This document shows positions 36,156-37,848 of a stretch of 37,848 nt of DNA, one piece after another. Made by a program: the position numbers and the translations under genes. Position 1 is the stretch's first letter, and each line of letters begins with the position of its first letter. The DNA is taken from IMG/VR virus record IMGVR_UViG_3300042210_000067, positions 1 through 37,848 of that record; one strand, written 5' to 3'. This DNA comes from a virus. Taxonomy: Duplodnaviria > Caudoviricetes. Under the pieces are notes generated by a model that had not been told where the DNA came from, ran no database searches, and saw only the letters and a list, made by a program, of their open reading frames with translations.

Positions 36156-36350
36156 ATGTTAGTGAAACTCAGCACTTGGAGAAAAACACGTTTTTCAGAA
36201 GGTTGTGCTCCAGACGTTCGAATCTGTCGTAGGGAAATCGATTTAGGTACGTTGCCAGGTAAGCGAATAGGTCGCACTTATTATGTGGATATAGATAGAG
36301 AAAAGCAGTCATTCGGGGATCCTTTATTGGATGATTTGATGACGCATTAA
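36156..36350 (+). CDS. xis: Excisionase / recombination directionality factor
   Basis: 64 aa basic winged-helix pattern (LSTW...GTLPGKRIGRTYYV); GGAG RBS; directly upstream of the integrase. Confidence 0.8.
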   Translation: MLVKLSTWRKTRFSEGCAPDVRICRREIDLGTLPGKRIGRTYYVDIDREKQSFGDPLLDDLMTH

Positions 36351-36371
36351 TTATTCATTTATGAGGTGACC

Positions 36372-37553
36372 GTGCCACGTCCTAGAAGTAAAAAATATAG
36401 AGACCTTCCAGAAGGTCTCTATTACTACAACAACAAAGGTTATGTATTTCGACGCATCGATGCGACTTGGAAATCGCTTGGTCATGACAAGTCGAAAGCT
36501 GTGTCTATGGCCAAGCGTTATAACGCCACTTTCAGAGTAGCCAAGAACATTACCCACATTGAAGAAACACCTTCACCGGCTTATATGCGAAAGCAAACTT
36601 TATTCTCTGAATTCCTTGATAGGATTAGTTCAAGATATGAGAGCGAGGAAAGCCCAACTCAGGGAACGTTAAATGATTTCAATAACAAATTGATAAAACT
36701 AAGGTTGATTCTAGGTGGATATGTCGGTGCGGCTATTGGTTTGGATGAAGTAAACCTTGTCCTTAACGAAGTCGCCACGAATAAATCAAATAATGTGTAT
36801 AACCGTTGGCTTTCATTCCTAGAGAAAGTTTTTTCATATGCAGTTGATGAATCAGTCATGATCGATAATCCTGCAAAGCGTAAGAAACGAAAGCCAAAGG
36901 ATAATAAGCAACGTAAAAGGCTCAATCTGGAAGAGTATCATCGGATAAGAGCTATTGCGCCTAGCTGGTTGAAGATAGCTATGGATTTGTCTTTAGAGAC
37001 AACTCACGCAGTTAATGAAATTTGCGCTTTGAAATACTCCGATATTGAGTACTTACCTGAACCAGTTATTGATGGTGATTGGAAGGTCTATGGGTACATT
37101 AAGATCCATCGCCAAAAAGTTCAGAAGCATGAATCGAGTCGTGTCATCATTCCAGTGACAACGTCTCTTTTAAATATTATCGAAGATAGTAAGAAAGATG
37201 GTATCGATTCGCCGTACATTGTTCACAGGCAACCACAACGGCTTTCTAATGATATTAGCCAGAACTGCGACCATATAACTCAAGTCAACCGTAAGTATTT
37301 AAGCCGCCAGTTTTCTAATTACAGGGATATGGCCAAAGTAAAAAAAGACGTACCAAGTACACAGCGCCCAACATTTCACGAAATTCGGAGTTTGAGCATT
37401 CATCTTTACGATGAGTCAGGTTATGACCCACAAATTCGGGCGGCGCACTCTGATGCCAGAAGCACAGAAATCTATAAGGCAGGCCATATTCAATGGGTTA
37501 AAGTGCCACCTGCAGAGTTGGGGATTAGAACACTAAGGGAACATCATGGATAA
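36372..37553 (+). CDS. int: Phage integrase (lambda-type tyrosine recombinase)
   Basis: N-terminal arm-binding PRPR...LPEGLY; PTFHEIRSL; AHSDARSTEIY; GTG start after GAGG. Confidence 0.92.
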   Translation: MPRPRSKKYRDLPEGLYYYNNKGYVFRRIDATWKSLGHDKSKAVSMAKRYNATFRVAKNITHIEETPSPAYMRKQTLFSEFLDRISSRYESEESPTQGTLNDFNNKLIKLRLILGGYVGAAIGLDEVNLVLNEVATNKSNNVYNRWLSFLEKVFSYAVDESVMIDNPAKRKKRKPKDNKQRKRLNLEEYHRIRAIAPSWLKIAMDLSLETTHAVNEICALKYSDIEYLPEPVIDGDWKVYGYIKIHRQKVQKHESSRVIIPVTTSLLNIIEDSKKDGIDSPYIVHRQPQRLSNDISQNCDHITQVNRKYLSRQFSNYRDMAKVKKDVPSTQRPTFHEIRSLSIHLYDESGYDPQIRAAHSDARSTEIYKAGHIQWVKVPPAELGIRTLREHHG

Positions 37554-37848
37554 AGAAGCATTAGCGAATATTAAGACTTTGATAATCGAAAAATCAAAAA
37601 AGCATGGTATCAGCGAAGACGTTGCATCGATTCATGCCGATAACATCATTGAAGAACTGAAGCATCCAGATGGTAGTCCGTCATTTTCAGTGTTGTCCGG
37701 TTTGGTTACGGCATTGATGTTTGATGGTGCCGAGCGTGATGAACAGTTGAAGGATTTGATAGTAACTGTAGGACCTCAAGTTATGCCTTATCTTGATGAA
37801 GAAAAGCAGGCTAAGCTTCAGGCTGCGATCAAAGACTTGGTGCAATAA
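37546..37848 (+). CDS. Hypothetical protein
   Basis: 100 aa ORF overlapping the integrase stop; AAGGG RBS. Confidence 0.6.
   Translation: MDKEALANIKTLIIEKSKKHGISEDVASIHADNIIEELKHPDGSPSFSVLSGLVTALMFDGAERDEQLKDLIVTVGPQVMPYLDEEKQAKLQAAIKDLVQ

Larger units (their letters stand above)
482..37553. mobile_element. Near-complete temperate prophage (myovirus: Mu-like head genes, P2-like contractile tail, tyrosine integrase); exact att ends not located
   Basis: Contiguous terminase-portal-head-tail-immunity-replication-xis-int gene order with many overlapping stop/start codons. Confidence 0.95.

Noticed and set aside
816-36925. Many 60-140 aa alternative-frame and antisense ORFs in the track
   Set aside because: They are nested in well-supported genes and lack RBS or recognisable motifs

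Overview
The window is almost entirely one near-complete temperate myovirus prophage. The host is probably a Vibrio, inferred from a phage-borne AphA-like regulator. Gene order: Mor-like activator, terminase small and large subunits, portal, gpF-like head protein, an AT-rich moron cluster (6.3-8.3 kb), a fused protease-scaffold-capsid gene, holin, neck genes and a P2-like baseplate/contractile tail module (with a programmed -1 frameshift). Then come an accessory cassette, the immunity region, early/replication genes (CII, a catalytic-domain-only tyrosine recombinase, primase-helicase, HNH, AphA homologue), excisionase and integrase. The standout feature is an AT-rich three-gene operon on the minus strand at 24480-26694, between the last tail gene and the repressor. 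It encodes a multicore graspetide (ATP-grasp RiPP) precursor with three ELVTKTxxxxESDD cores, a MvdC/MvdD-like ATP-grasp macrocyclase, and a translationally coupled membrane protein resembling Pycsar-type (PycTM) effectors. No exporter or peptidase is present. I hypothesise a prophage-encoded, RiPP-based defence or abortive-infection system. Two small genes missing from the ORF track were also found: a LexA-box-controlled, Tum-like antirepressor candidate (26894-27073) and a zinc-finger protein (1-153). All family calls come from motif recognition by eye; no database searches were run.
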